Assembly: GCA_963674825.1 (NCBI GenBank)
Contig: OY771587.1
Coordinates: 2,624,001 to 2,688,000, forward strand
Source: Candidatus Cloacimonadales bacterium
GTDB taxonomy: Bacteria > Cloacimonadota > Cloacimonadia > Cloacimonadales > JAIOQZ01
Length of the DNA stretch: 64,000 bases
Reading direction: 5' to 3'
A program made the position numbers and the translations under genes. The notes beneath the pieces were generated by a model. It was not told the DNA's origin, did not search any database, and saw nothing but the letters and a program-made list of their open reading frames with translations. Positions 51,901-59,178 of this stretch are shown piece after piece (positions within the stretch are counted from its first letter, which is position 1; each line of letters begins with the position of its first letter).

Positions 51901-54900
51901 CATCGATGTCGGCAAAGACATCCTCGCCAAAGGTAAACTGGAAGAACTGATCCTGGGTTGCGTCCTGATCCGCGATCGGGTTCACAACCTGCGGAGCGTT
52001 GTTCACGTTTGCCACCGTGATGGTGAAGTTCTGAATCACGTCCGGTGCGATGTTATCGGATACAGCGAGTACGACTTCGTTTGCTCCGACATTGTCATTG
52101 GTAGGTGTACCTTCCAGAAGTGCGGTGCCGTCGCCGTTATCGGTGAGCGTCAGCCACTCGGGAACGGTATTTCCGTTGATGAATATGCCGTCGTCGATGC
52201 CGTCGTCGCTCGTGTTGATATTATAAGTATAAAGGACGCCTTCTGTCGCATCCAGCGGCGGAGTTGTTGTGAACTCCGGAGCCTGGTTGTAAGGGATAAC
52301 GATCAGATCGAAGTCATCGAACACTTCTTCACCTGCGATATCGCTTGCTGTGACGCGTACTTCGTACGTTGCCACATCGGACAGTGCAGGCATTCCGCCA
52401 AAGTGACGGGTTGCTCCGTCGAAGGTCACCCAGGCCGGTAGATCAGATCCGTCAGACAGGGTTGCCGTGTACGTCAGCTCGTCACCATAGGAGAGATCGT
52501 CGTCCAAAAACGCGTTCTCAGCGAAGGTGTAGTCTAGGTTCATGTCGGCAGCGACAGTCTTGTTGGCGATCGGGTTCGCGACGTACGGAGCGTCGTTGAC
52601 GTTTGTCACCGTGATGGTGAATTCCTGCGTAGAGATAACGCGTACGCCATCGTTGACGGTCAGGATCACCTCGTTCGGTCCCACATTCGCGTTCAGCGGT
52701 GTGCCTTCGAGTACGCCGGTGTTGTCGCCGTTGTCGTTGAGTGTGAGCCAGGACGGTAGCAGATCGTAACCAATCTGGAGCACATTGCCCGGATCGTCGT
52801 CCGCAACTTCTATATTATAGGTATAAAGGGCGTCCTCTGTTGCCTGCAATACAGGTGAAGTGAGGAAGTATGGGTCATCCTGTGTGTTCAGAATTTCAAG
52901 GGTGAATACCGTGAATGTCGTTTCGTCGCTTGTGTCGGTAGCCGTAACCTTGATGCTGATGATTCCCGGGACGGTCGGAGTGCCGGAGAATGCGTTGGTT
53001 GCAGCATTGAAACTGAGCCATGCCGGTAGTGCCGAATCGTCTTCGAGTGTGGCGGAAAGCGTGAGTACGTCTCCCCACATGAGGTCGTCATCACCAAAGG
53101 TGTTTGCCGGAACCGTGAACGTGAATGGAGCGTCTTCCGTCGCCGTCTGAGCCGGGATCGAATTTGCAACGTAGGGTGCATCGTTCACGTTTGCGATGGA
53201 GATAACGAACTCGTCCGTCGCGGTCTCATCCGAGCGGTCACGAGCTGTAACAACGATTGTATAGTTACCTACATTTTCGTTGAGCGGCATACCGTTAAAG
53301 TTCCGCGCGGTCGGTGTGAAGGTCAGCCATTCGGGCAGCGGATCGCCACCGGTAAGTGTTGCGCTGTAGAAAAGTGTGTCGCCCACACCTACGTTCGTAT
53401 CGAAGAATGTATCGATCGGGAAGGTGTAGTCGAACAGTGTATCTTCAGAGCCGTTCTGATTCGGGATCGGGTTTGCGACGGTCGGAGCCTGGTTGAAGTA
53501 GCGTACTTCAAACAGGAAATCGTCGGTCACGCTCACATTGGAGCTATCGGTAGCTGTTACCCGGAGGTCGAAGATTCCGATATCGGCTGTTTGCGGTGTA
53601 CCGGAGAAGGTACGAGTCGCCGGATCGAAGCTCAGCCATACGGGCAGTGCCACCAGAGAGCCTTCATCAACTTTGCCTGCCGAGTAGGTAAGGAAATCGC
53701 CGTGAATTACGTCGTCATCGGCGAATGTATCGGCGGCAAAAGTGTAGCTGTAAGGTAGTGTTTCGGTGGTTATCTGGTTCGGGATCGGATTAACCAGCAC
53801 CGGTGCGTCGTTCACGTTTTCAACTTCAAGCTGGAATGTGTCTGTTGCTGTCGCGAACGCTGTATCGGTCGCGGTTACGGCGATTTCGTAAATTCCAACA
53901 TTGTTATTGAGTGGGATACCGGTGAAGGTTCTGAGTTCCGGTGTGAAGCTGAGCCAGTTAGGTAGCGGATCGCCACTGGCAAGCTCTGCACTGTAGGTCA
54001 GGATATCTCGTTGATGTTCGTTATCAGGGTCACCGAACACGTTTGTGCTGAAGGTGAATGTATAGGGGATATCCTCTGTGGCATGATGATCCAGAATCGG
54101 ATTGAGCACCACAGGGCCGTCATTTGTATTGAGCACTTCGATGCGGAAGGTTGTCGTTGCCGTGAGACCTGCTACGTCTTGTGCCGTAAGCTTGATGTTC
54201 CAGTTTCCGCGGTCTTCATTGGCCGGTGTACCGGTGAATGTACGGGTTGGTCCATCAAAACTCAGCCATTCGGGCAGCGGGATGCGAACACCCTGACTGT
54301 CTTGCTCGGCAGAGTAAGTAAAGGTGTCGCCATATGGTGCATCCGGGTCGCCGAAGGTAGAATCAGCGAAAGTGAATTCGAAATACTGATCCTCAATAGC
54401 GATCTGGTTTGGAACGATGTTCGCCACGAATGGCGGGTCGTTTGTGTTGGCGATCGAAATATCGAAGATATCCTCAGCGGTAAGGCCGGGAACGTCGGTC
54501 GCGATTACTTTGACCGAGAGGGTTCCGACGTCCTCGTTACGCGGGATGCCTGTGAATGTTCGGGTGTTTGGATTGAACTGGAGCCATGTGGGCAGCAGTT
54601 CGTCGTCAGCTTTAACAGCGCTGTATGTGAGAATATCACCTTCGGGAATATTCTCGTCCGTAAACGTATTGTCCGGGAAGGTAAAGATAAAGCCAGCGTC
54701 TTCGGTTGCGTTTCGATCACTGATCGGATTCGCAAGTTGCGGCGCGATGTTTATCCAAGTTACCCAGAGACGGAATACATCCGATGCTGTTGCTCCATCG
54801 AGGTCTTCTACCTGTACGCGAATATAAATCTGTCCAATATCTTCATGAACTGGCGTACCAGAGAAGGTCTTGGTTGCTGGATCGAAATCGAGCCATGCCG

Positions 54901-57379
54901 GCAGCGGTGAGAGATCTTGAAGCGTTGCTGAATAGGTCAGGACATCGTCCGGGTCGTCATCCGCGAAGATAGTATCGGGGAGCGTATAGTTGTATAAGTC
55001 CTGCTCCTGGGTCAGCTGATCCGGGATTTCGCTAACAAGATACGGAGCATCGTTGGTGTTTTGTACGGTCAGGCGGAACGTATCGATAACGGTCTCTTCC
55101 AGAATGTCCATTGCTGTAACAGCAATTTGATAAACGCCGATGTCTGTATTGACCGGAAGACCGGAGAAGAGCCTGTTTTCGGGATTGAAGCTCAACCATT
55201 CAGGTAGGGGATCGTTATCAGCAAGCGCAGCCGAGTAGGTCAAGGCATCGTTCGGATCCGGATCCATGAATGTGTTGGCTGCAAACTGGAAATTGAACTG
55301 GAAGTCTTCCAGTGCTACCTGGTTCGGGATCGGGTTCGCCACCTCCGGAGGGTCGTTGACGTTGATAACCTCGATATTGAACACCTGCTGAACCGGATCG
55401 TCGATGTCGTCACGAACGGTCAGTGTAACCTGATTATAGCCGATATATTCGTTGGATGGCGTGCCTTGAAGGATGGCAGTGCCATCGCCATTATCGGTAA
55501 GAGAAAGCCAAGCCGGCTTGACCGGTGCTGCGAAGTGGATTCCGCAAACACTTACGGTGTCGTCTTCTGCTGTGATGTTGTATTGATAAAGTTCATCTTC
55601 AAAGACGCTTAGCGTAGGTGTTGAGGTAAACACTGGCGGATCATTGGTAAGGGCGAAGTAAATCTTCCGTTCGATGTTTACGCCCGTACCCTGTCCGGTA
55701 AATCCCTGGTCGTTCATGATGATCGTCAGGGTCTCCATACCGGCTGCGCCAGGATTGGAAATGTAGTTGAAGTTCCGCAGGTAGTTATTCATGTTTGTCT
55801 GATTAACGACAATAACCACGTTATTCGTGCCATCACCGGAAATGAAACGTGAATTACCTTCGAAATCGAGAACACCCTTCACGACGTTCATGTTCACGAT
55901 GAGCTGATTAGAGCCGACGTCCGGGTCCCAAACTCTCAAGGAGTCTTCCTGCGTGAAGTGGTAATTCAGGTCTTCGTCCACTTCGAGCGGGATGTACATA
56001 CAGCTGTCGATCATCGTGCTCTTATAGAACACTTCGGGGTTGTCATTGATTTCCTGAACCTTGATCTGCGCTGTATCGTAGGCAAGGCTGAATGCCGTTG
56101 TGTCGCCGACAGTCACGATATCGAAGACGCTACCGGCGATACCTTCGCTACGATCCCATGCACGGAATGTGAAATTGGCATATCCGTTATAGTTTGATTC
56201 TGGAACGAATCGAATTCGGTGAAGCCCCAGCGTACCGTCAAGAAGAACAGCTGAGCTAGAGATATTCACACTTGAATCGATTGTGTCTGTGAAGTTATCC
56301 CAGGTAGCGCCATCGGTTGTTGAGTATTGCCATAAACCGTCGCTGTTATCGACACCAATAACTGCAATCGCGATGACTGTGCTGCCGTCAGGATCATAGA
56401 TCGCGCCGGGGTTGATGATATCTTCGATCAGGTCACCGTCGTTGTCGTAGTCATCTTCAGGGATCGTTGTAAGAGAGGCGGAGTAGTTCGTGTAGAGAAT
56501 AGGAGCATCATTTACGGGTTCGATCATGAAACCTATATAGCGGTTGACATCGTCACCGCCACCCTGACCGATATTGCCCTGGTCATTAATGCGGAATGTG
56601 AGTGTATCAGGTCCAGAATAGTTATCGACCGGATGCAATGAGAAATCCTCAAGGTAGCTGTTGATCTGATTGATCGTAGTGACAATGGTAACGTTGGCGG
56701 TTCCATTACCGGAGATAAAGCGGCTCATACTCCGGTCGATGGTGATCGTACAGTGATCTGTGAGCATATTAACGATAATGGGCGTGTCTGGATCGTCTTT
56801 ATTGATGATATCGACATCGTCAACCCGAATGGAATCCTGCTGCGTGAACGTATAAAAACCATCTTCGAAAATCGCAATATCCAGGTTGACCGGATCTGTA
56901 ATGAGATCGCCGTCCATGAAAAGAACCGGGTCATCATTTACAGCCGTAACGTTAAATCTAAAAGTATGGGAAGCGCTGAACTCGCCGGCGCTGTCCTGCA
57001 CACGGAAAGGGAAATTGGCGTAGTTGAGTCCGTTACCATCCAGCTCGGGTGTGAAGATCAAATCCCCCAGAGAAGTTACGGTAATGTAGATCGGGAAATC
57101 CGATGGATCCACATCCAATCCCTGGAAGTTGATCGTACCCTCACTTGGTGGGTCGTCGATCATGACAGCGGCAAAAGTGTCGCCATCGGAGGGATCGCTG
57201 AACGGGAAGTCCGTCTCGCCGAAGACCCATGGTGTGTCTTCGAGAATTGTTTTGGTTACATCGTCGCTGTTTGGCAACGTTCGATTCCGGGTGTCCAGAG
57301 ACTGAGCCGCGAGAGGGACGCTCGAAATCATGAAAATTGTCAAGAGTGCGAACAGAAAGATTACCCTTGAGTTTTTCAT
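36947..57379 (-). CDS. Giant (~6810 aa) secreted adhesin: ~56 cadherin-like/He_PIG (CADG) repeats, FN3, ASH-like Ig domain and type-B T9SS C-terminal domain
   Basis: AAGGAG RBS, ATG at 57379 and signal peptide. Repeats LP.WLSFD..TRTFSGTP and WLTLTDNGDGTA.L.GTP with NVNDAP linkers. C-terminus PNAFSPNGDGLND...IYD..G...WDG...GPYIY...GKIYLIR. Confidence 0.93.
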   Translation of the reverse strand: MKNSRVIFLFALLTIFMISSVPLAAQSLDTRNRTLPNSDDVTKTILEDTPWVFGETDFPFSDPSDGDTFAAVMIDDPPSEGTINFQGLDVDPSDFPIYITVTSLGDLIFTPELDGNGLNYANFPFRVQDSAGEFSASHTFRFNVTAVNDDPVLFMDGDLITDPVNLDIAIFEDGFYTFTQQDSIRVDDVDIINKDDPDTPIIVNMLTDHCTITIDRSMSRFISGNGTANVTIVTTINQINSYLEDFSLHPVDNYSGPDTLTFRINDQGNIGQGGGDDVNRYIGFMIEPVNDAPILYTNYSASLTTIPEDDYDNDGDLIEDIINPGAIYDPDGSTVIAIAVIGVDNSDGLWQYSTTDGATWDNFTDTIDSSVNISSSAVLLDGTLGLHRIRFVPESNYNGYANFTFRAWDRSEGIAGSVFDIVTVGDTTAFSLAYDTAQIKVQEINDNPEVFYKSTMIDSCMYIPLEVDEDLNYHFTQEDSLRVWDPDVGSNQLIVNMNVVKGVLDFEGNSRFISGDGTNNVVIVVNQTNMNNYLRNFNYISNPGAAGMETLTIIMNDQGFTGQGTGVNIERKIYFALTNDPPVFTSTPTLSVFEDELYQYNITAEDDTVSVCGIHFAAPVKPAWLSLTDNGDGTAILQGTPSNEYIGYNQVTLTVRDDIDDPVQQVFNIEVINVNDPPEVANPIPNQVALEDFQFNFQFAANTFMDPDPNDALTYSAALADNDPLPEWLSFNPENRLFSGLPVNTDIGVYQIAVTAMDILEETVIDTFRLTVQNTNDAPYLVSEIPDQLTQEQDLYNYTLPDTIFADDDPDDVLTYSATLQDLSPLPAWLDFDPATKTFSGTPVHEDIGQIYIRVQVEDLDGATASDVFRLWVTWINIAPQLANPISDRNATEDAGFIFTFPDNTFTDENIPEGDILTYSAVKADDELLPTWLQFNPNTRTFTGIPRNEDVGTLSVKVIATDVPGLTAEDIFDISIANTNDPPFVANIVPNQIAIEDQYFEFTFADSTFGDPDAPYGDTFTYSAEQDSQGVRIPLPEWLSFDGPTRTFTGTPANEDRGNWNIKLTAQDVAGLTATTTFRIEVLNTNDGPVVLNPILDHHATEDIPYTFTFSTNVFGDPDNEHQRDILTYSAELASGDPLPNWLSFTPELRTFTGIPLNNNVGIYEIAVTATDTAFATATDTFQLEVENVNDAPVLVNPIPNQITTETLPYSYTFAADTFADDDVIHGDFLTYSAGKVDEGSLVALPVWLSFDPATRTFSGTPQTADIGIFDLRVTATDSSNVSVTDDFLFEVRYFNQAPTVANPIPNQNGSEDTLFDYTFPIDTFFDTNVGVGDTLFYSATLTGGDPLPEWLTFTPTARNFNGMPLNENVGNYTIVVTARDRSDETATDEFVISIANVNDAPYVANSIPAQTATEDAPFTFTVPANTFGDDDLMWGDVLTLSATLEDDSALPAWLSFNAATNAFSGTPTVPGIISIKVTATDTSDETTFTVFTLEILNTQDDPYFLTSPVLQATEDALYTYNIEVADDDPGNVLQIGYDLLPSWLTLNDNGDNTGVLEGTPLNANVGPNEVILTVNDGVRVISTQEFTITVTNVNDAPYVANPIANKTVAADMNLDYTFAENAFLDDDLSYGDELTYTATLSDGSDLPAWVTFDGATRHFGGMPALSDVATYEVRVTASDIAGEEVFDDFDLIVIPYNQAPEFTTTPPLDATEGVLYTYNINTSDDGIDDGIFINGNTVPEWLTLTDNGDGTALLEGTPTNDNVGANEVVLAVSDNIAPDVIQNFTITVANVNNAPQVVNPIADQDATQDQFFQFTFGEDVFADIDAADALTYSAQLQNTSPLPAWLSFNAATRTFSGTPANSDVGTYDVAVIATDLEGASGTDVFTLTVANVNDAPYVLNQITLVIGWEDVAFNYTFPSNTFSDPDLPYGDVLTYSATLDDGSPLPEWLTLTSATRRFSGLPSDYDTGNYTIRLIATDIAGESVYDDFTLTINNFNDAPSLVNPIPDQAAFVDTPFDYTFPIDTFNDPDPGDFLNYSAQLTNGSPLPGWLTFDDGDRRFYGTPAGIAPNTEYQIRVTAMDAAMESAYDIFKIVVFSSNEVPYFVSTPITEATQDIPYVYNIEAEDDSVNFGITIAAPVVPEWLTFSDLGRGSASLSGTPTNDNIGLYDVTLTVWDHIADPVEQSFTIEVINVNDAPQLVNAIPDQVSQADVAYSYMIPAGTFIDIDAGDVLTYSASLYGGDPLPSWLTFDDQTLTFSGTPQANDIAIYNILVTATDLEGAMATDVFELNIVPSNYPPEFISTPVTTAFEDALYQYNVVTTDDGVNNGGIVIAAPTAPAWLSLQDNGDGTALLSGTPDNSLVGLYNIVLTLSDGISPVIEQSFSINVINTNDAPVLVNPISDHVTYENAAYSFSFAEDTFEDDDIIYGDALAYSATLASGDPLPGWMSFIPSQRMFSGIPANEDVGTYSIEVTATDLAGRTATDVFELQVLNVNTPPYVENPLPDQAAIALTPYQFIFSETTFGDDDLIYGDALTYSARQTSGEPLPEWLSFDAANRMFSGTAPIELLGTTYIIRVTARDSQLESVYDDFELTIIDSNDPPVFTSTPVEDATEDVLYTYIATATDSGPNFGLVFLASDLPEWLSLVNNGGGSATISGTPDNEDVGTHNIDIVVTDGIADPVHQVYTLTVQNSNDAPYVANPIPNQAATEGEAFVFTFAENTFGDDDIIWGDMLGYSAELSDGSLLPAWLGFSELTRTFSGTPGDNDVATLEIKVIATDNLGATVAALFTLEVINSGDSPVFTSTPVVNATEDALYQYNVVAEDSDPDAVLVLAAPQLPEWLTLTDNGDGTGLLQGTPLNENVGANNVVITANDGTRVLATQSFTITVANTNDIPYVANPIPNQAAMIDQSYDYIFPESTFGDDDLIHGDVLTYTATLSDGSALPAWLSFAPLSRYFTGTPGLSDIGTYTIRVTATDTQLTSVSDDFDLQVIDSNIAPSFTSTPITAAIEGVPYQYDITTTDDGVNLGISISAPQLPLWLDFTDHNDGTATLSGTPNNEDVGNHTVLLTVSDGIAAPVTQMFNINVANINTPPVLINPIADQAALIHQNFLFVIPEDTFTDADEGDVLTYTATLSSGNPLPAWLIFDAEEHRFSGLPSAANIGTYSIRVIVTDTGNESASDNFTISVYAEDVPPVFTSLPVTEAYENIPYVYDIRTRDDGINLGITINATTLPAWLNFTDNGDGTAVLSGTPAATDQGLHNVVLNVTDNILPPVWQEFTIEVYDVNQSPVLVNNIPDQTTVTEELFSYIVPENTFSDPDPTDVLTWSAELSDGNDLPAWLAFNQDTRELQGTPAITDAGFYYIRVTVTDQGDLSAADIFLLRVFTENQPPAFISMPLEMIDVDHLYTYEVETNDDGNNFGGIVIEAPVLPEWLALYDNEDGTATLTGTPSVEHTGPNAVVLTVSDGIAAPVEQAFSILVNELNHPPYVAIPLSDQFAIVNTFFSYTVDENAFVDPDQGDALTYEIMTVDGSPAPAWLTIDNATRTISGTPQPGDEGITPIRVEVTDNLGETAYDDFNLRVITSNLAPVFASSPVEAIDQDSRYTYEIFVTDDNINLNGIEITTNELPEWLSFNDFGNGVAIITGVPANENVGAYNIIVYASDGIATPTEQAYTLTVNNVNDAPYLSNPNENQFAYTNQYFEFSANSDTFEDPDAIYGDQIIYRSSLIDGSPLPSWLIFNPDGLTYSGTPSEFMANLYTIKLTAFDQSGASASDLFDLTIRPYNSAPEFVSTPVTEAWQNSLYTYNVVAEDDAINAGLTIVDGVIPAWLTLVDNGDGTAVLSGTPANGDVGEEEIVLYVSDGIIREASSQQFTLTIYNVNDAPYVANEIPDLTTAADAAFEYTIPENTFDDPDLIHGDHLTYSAMLTTREALPDWLTFDGTTRTFSGTPMLQDSGDYSISVTATDDAMESATDIFTLQVFSGNLPPEFTSTPVTEVDEDALYTYNITTEDDGVGFGVQISASILPAWLTLTDNGDGTALLTGTPENANVGDHQVVLQASDNVRVVTEQEFVITVNNVNDTPYLINPIADVGIRQGVMLDYEIPEGTFGDDDIMWGDVLTWSAKIADGSVLPAWLIFDPATHTFTGMPDLMDVGLYDTRVTVTDEDGAFVYDDFVLTVYTDNMPPTFTSTPVTTATEDVAYIYNITTTDDGFSEEINITGVQIADWLTLTDNGNGTAVLQGTPTNDNVGSFPITIRVDDGIRQSTDQSFTLEVQNVNDAPYIANPIRDHGAVIETLFSFTFAENTFGDDDIIHGDVLTYSADLSDGNPLPAWLTFDAANREFSGTPTLSDVGIYNVRVTATDVALVSAEDVFMLRVVLENNPPQFASEPVLRVNEGELYSYAITVTDDGTNLGILITAPVLPEWLTLTDNGDGTALLSGTPTWQYVGANAVTLNADDGITVPPTEQSFSIEVLDVNSPPFVQNAIPNQTATQDMAFSYTFPENTFGDLDGDALTYNAIISGDGELPLWLTFDAVTRNFSGTPTNDNVGELAIDLIASDPAGQTATASFVLTVANLNDAPYLVHPIQDHEIYELTSYSFTFRVDTFYDPDILWGDVLTYEAQLSDGSALPEWLEFTSETRSFNGIPTHEDVGTYVIRVIAIDEEGLQATDEFNLRVLDEPDAPYVANPIPDQDAWEDAAFSYTFPENTFADIDVNNTLTYSALLENGDPLPVWLRFNDITRNFNGLPTQNEVGSYAIAVTATDIYQLSATDVFILTVHNTNDMPYFTSTPDTTAVEAEAYAYNIVVEDIDVMDNLTFTAITLPSWLTLTDNGNGTALLAGTPYQSNIGDNPVVISVADSTGVPVDQSFVIHVQNVVEPPVVSNSIPDQSTFVNLLYNYTFPVNTFIEPTPGDVLTYTATQEDGSPLPAWLTFDPATRNFNGTPDAIATWQIKVIATDLDLQSVEDVFMLDVVFSQEPPFFTSTPVVDATEDALYTYNITASDINLEALSFSGVTIPAWLTLTDNGDNTATLTGTPLNENVGENAVEITVTDGINDPMAQSFIINVANVNDAPYYANAIPNQEAHEDMAFEYTFPENTFLDDDLINGDVLTYTSTLDDDSALPAWLGFDPATRTYSGMPVFADIGTYNVKVIATDIENQTAEGVFVITVVNSNDAPYVMNPIADQNAIEDTPFSFTFAADTFDDEDFGFGDVLSYTSTQQDGDPLPAWLSFDNATRAYSGMPENADIGTWLIRVTATDIGGLTAFDDFEIVVTNTQDDPYFVSAPVTTATEDVVYTYNIVTNDVDPGATLILSADVLPTWLTLTDNGDGTGNITGTPLNENVGTNPVTLTVSDGVRVVATQIFDIEVANSNDAPYVMNPIPDQTATEDAAFSFAFADDTFGDDDIIHGDALTYSAQQDGGDPLPAWLSFDAATRTFSGTPTNDDIDTYSIAVIAEDIAGASATDVFVLTVENTQDDPYFVSEPVTTATEDAVYTYNIETNDVDPGATLVLGADVLPTWLTLTDNGDGTGNITGTPLNENVGTNPVTLTVSDGVRVVATQIFDIEVANSNDAPYVMNPIADQNAIEDELFSFTFADDTFGDDDFIHGDALTYSAQQDGGDPLPAWLSFDAATRTFSGTPTNDDIDTYSIAVIAEDIAGATATDVFILTVENTQDDPYFVSEPVTTATEDAVYTYNIETNDVDPGATLVLGADVLPTWLTLTDNGDGTGDITGTPLNENVGTNPVTLTVSDGVRVVATQIFDIEVANVNDAPYVANVIPDQTATEDAAFSFAFADDTFGDDDIIHGDALTYSAEQDGGDPLPAWLSFDAATRTFSGTPTNDDLGTYQIAVTAEDNAGATATDVFQLTVNNTNDAPYFTSTPLTTATEDVVYTYDITADDDDPNDDLDIIATILPTWLTLTDNGNGTATLEGTPLNENVGDNEVGLEVHDGITLDIQSFTIVVTNVNDAPYVANEIPDQSTDEDAAFSYTFAEDTFGDDDLIHGDVLTYTAAESDGSELPAWLSFDAATRTFSGTPTNDDLGTYMITVMATDEAGASATDTFNIEVINTNDAPYFTSTPVLQINEDENYSYAIAFNDDDPNPVLTITMTTGPEWLTLTQSDNTSAVLEGTPTNANVGDNDVVLVLDDGINRTSLKASVQKRDTAMQAFTITVINVNDAPYVANPVDSLQINENEIDQSLDLNNMFSDDDLIWGDVLTYSYSGNIHIVVGINDGIVSLDPETDWYGTETITFYAEDNDGATAQQDVVITVINIIDVPVIDPIDAQVVYNINTPWTFTVTGEFYPVAEYSLVDPPAGMTIDGETGVMSWTPTAEQTNLYEITVHLQNDAGFDEKSFSFTVINQNDAPRNLTPELFNDGSTLTWSAPVSSKWLAGYNVYRSNLYDDEYELLAELGADATQYIDENPVTGANNFYKVAAVLQVDHIDWTGESTFSVITTVYPLPVTEFSLFYDDGTSEQGYGQGNEFGVQFDLSPIQRYTPTSTLIKFAIYLETLDTQDLLINLYGDGDTPTNENYITAIDYAAGDLHLGWNVLDVPADLQPEFVGGRFHVVVDYAHPYQVGFDTGDPISGHSYVDGGTGWGAITTGDLMIRAIVATPLPNIAVDVTSMNFGDVFAGEESDPQMFTIENTGNYELVVSEIGAPPGFQIRHGTDGGWVQTLSLTIPYQGSEDFYVKFTPSTRQVYTGEIEIVHNGVDETDVNITVRGNSIEPQPNAFSPNGDGLNDTYTVRLINSGNIDATMNIYDLHGKRVRDVKGVYDGTGMSLSWDGKNDGGSKCISGPYIYVLRKNGSIEKRGKIYLIR
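39870..41575 (-). repeat. Near-identical 594-bp tandem repeat (about 3 copies) within the adhesin gene
   Basis: GCTGAATGTGCG recurs at 39896, 40490 and 41084, a spacing of 594 bp (198 aa). Confidence 0.9.
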
Positions 57380-57966
57380 TGCGTTTGCTCCTTTATGCAT
57401 GTATTATTCTCATAAACGTATATCAGGCGATGAACGCAGTCCATCCCACACACCATATAGTTATCAGGGATGCCATTGTCAATCACATTATTCCTTATAT
57501 AAAAAGAAAATTTTTTCGAGTCAGTTCTTTCTTTAGGTGTCATTAATGAGTAATATGCTGTAAATAAACGAGATGTATGTATCTGTTCATTATTGGCACC
57601 ACATTCGTGCAGATCAAAGCTTTTCCCCATTCTGAACCCCATGCTTTGCCTGCTATGTATTTCTAAAGCTTGAGTCAATCCCTGTTAATTCGTCATTGTA
57701 CCCGCAGGATGAGGCGTACTGGCTGTTGCTGCATCAAAGACAAATAGGCGGCTAAAAACTGATAGTTTGATTGACATCATCGTTCCTTCCGGCATTTACT
57801 GAATCTATGGAAAAAATACGTAAATTCAAAGCAATTGCCACTTTTAAATGTCCTTGGTGGGAGAGCATGTCTCGTAAAAGAGAACAATTGCGTGCGTTGC
57901 CTTATTCTGTCTTGACAATAATTTGCAGATGTTAAAGAATGCGGAACACTCACAAATGGAGATGAA

Positions 57967-59178
57967 ATGAATAAAACGTTTGCACTGGAAGCGCTATCCA
58001 TTCTTGCATTTCTTGTCATCGCCACGACAATCATCGGTTATCTGGGGCTTGATATGCGCCTTGAGAAGATGTTCTATTCGGCTGACAAAGGCTGGTCGAT
58101 CGGTGAGATGCAACCTTGGAAATTCCTCTATCACTATGGTAATATTCCTGCGCTTTTGCTGTCAGTAGGATCACTTGTCCTCCTGCTCATGTCATTTATC
58201 AGCCTGAAATACATGATCTATCGCAAAATCGCAATGTTCTTTGTACTGGTGATGCTGATCGGCCCCGGGCTTGTCGTGAATCTCGGATTCAAGAGCTATT
58301 GGGGTAGAAACCGTCCGCGCCATGTGGAAGAACTCGGTGGGCAGGATCGTTACATGGAAATCTGGGAGACTGGAACTGCCGGTCAGGGGAAGTCGTTCCC
58401 CTGCGGTCATGCGACGATGGGATTTTACCTGTTTGCTCCGTATTTTCTGGCCCGTGGAAGAAAGCGGTGGATGGCAGCGGGGTTTCTTGCGCTTGGGCTT
58501 GTGATGGGGTTCCTCATCGGCCTGGCTCGTATGCTTCAGGGTGGCCATTTTCTCAGCGATGTGCTCTGGGCAGGAGGGATGGTCTATCTGGTCACGTTGT
58601 TGTTTTACCGTTTGTTGCGACTCGATAGGAACCTGCTTCTGGAAGAGCGAAATGTCGAATATGGACGGCACCGCAAAACAGCCATCTGGGTGGGGATTCC
58701 TCTGGTGCTGGTCGCGGTTGCGACTTTCCTTCTCGCATCGCCATATTACAAGCATCGCTCTGTCGCGTTGGAAAACGAGCGATTGAAAGATAAGCTGCTG
58801 ATCGAGATTGATAAGGGCGACTTGATTCTTGTATCCGCTGACAGCTTGGAAATCGAATGGAAGGCTGGCGGATTCGGATTCCCCGGCTCCAAGGTGCGAA
58901 ACAACTGGGATGTGGATCTGCCCGATGGCATGAAGCTCAAGCTTTTCCACAAGGGCTTTTTCACCGAGTACGACAATGAGGTGCAGGCGATGATTCCCTG
59001 GGAGAAATTGAGGGTACTCGAAATCGTTATCGACGAAGGCGACCTTTATCTCGAAGATGTGCCGACTGATGTGCAGGTGCTCACGGATCGGCAAACGATT
59101 CCGGAAGAGAAAAGTGGCACGATAATATTGGTTGATTTGAGGAATGGAAAGTTAATGAGCGAAAGAGGTGGGAAATGA
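57967..59178 (+). CDS. PAP2-family membrane phosphatase with a C-terminal soluble beta-rich extension
   Basis: KSYWGRNRP, SFPCGH and ARMLQGGHFLSD. Confidence 0.88.
   Translation: MNKTFALEALSILAFLVIATTIIGYLGLDMRLEKMFYSADKGWSIGEMQPWKFLYHYGNIPALLLSVGSLVLLLMSFISLKYMIYRKIAMFFVLVMLIGPGLVVNLGFKSYWGRNRPRHVEELGGQDRYMEIWETGTAGQGKSFPCGHATMGFYLFAPYFLARGRKRWMAAGFLALGLVMGFLIGLARMLQGGHFLSDVLWAGGMVYLVTLLFYRLLRLDRNLLLEERNVEYGRHRKTAIWVGIPLVLVAVATFLLASPYYKHRSVALENERLKDKLLIEIDKGDLILVSADSLEIEWKAGGFGFPGSKVRNNWDVDLPDGMKLKLFHKGFFTEYDNEVQAMIPWEKLRVLEIVIDEGDLYLEDVPTDVQVLTDRQTIPEEKSGTIILVDLRNGKLMSERGGK

Noticed and set aside
57380..57966. Small ORFs or ncRNA in the AT-rich divergent intergenic region
   Set aside because: The ORFs lack RBS or homology cues and no convincing structure was seen; several TTGACA boxes suggest ordinary divergent promoters.
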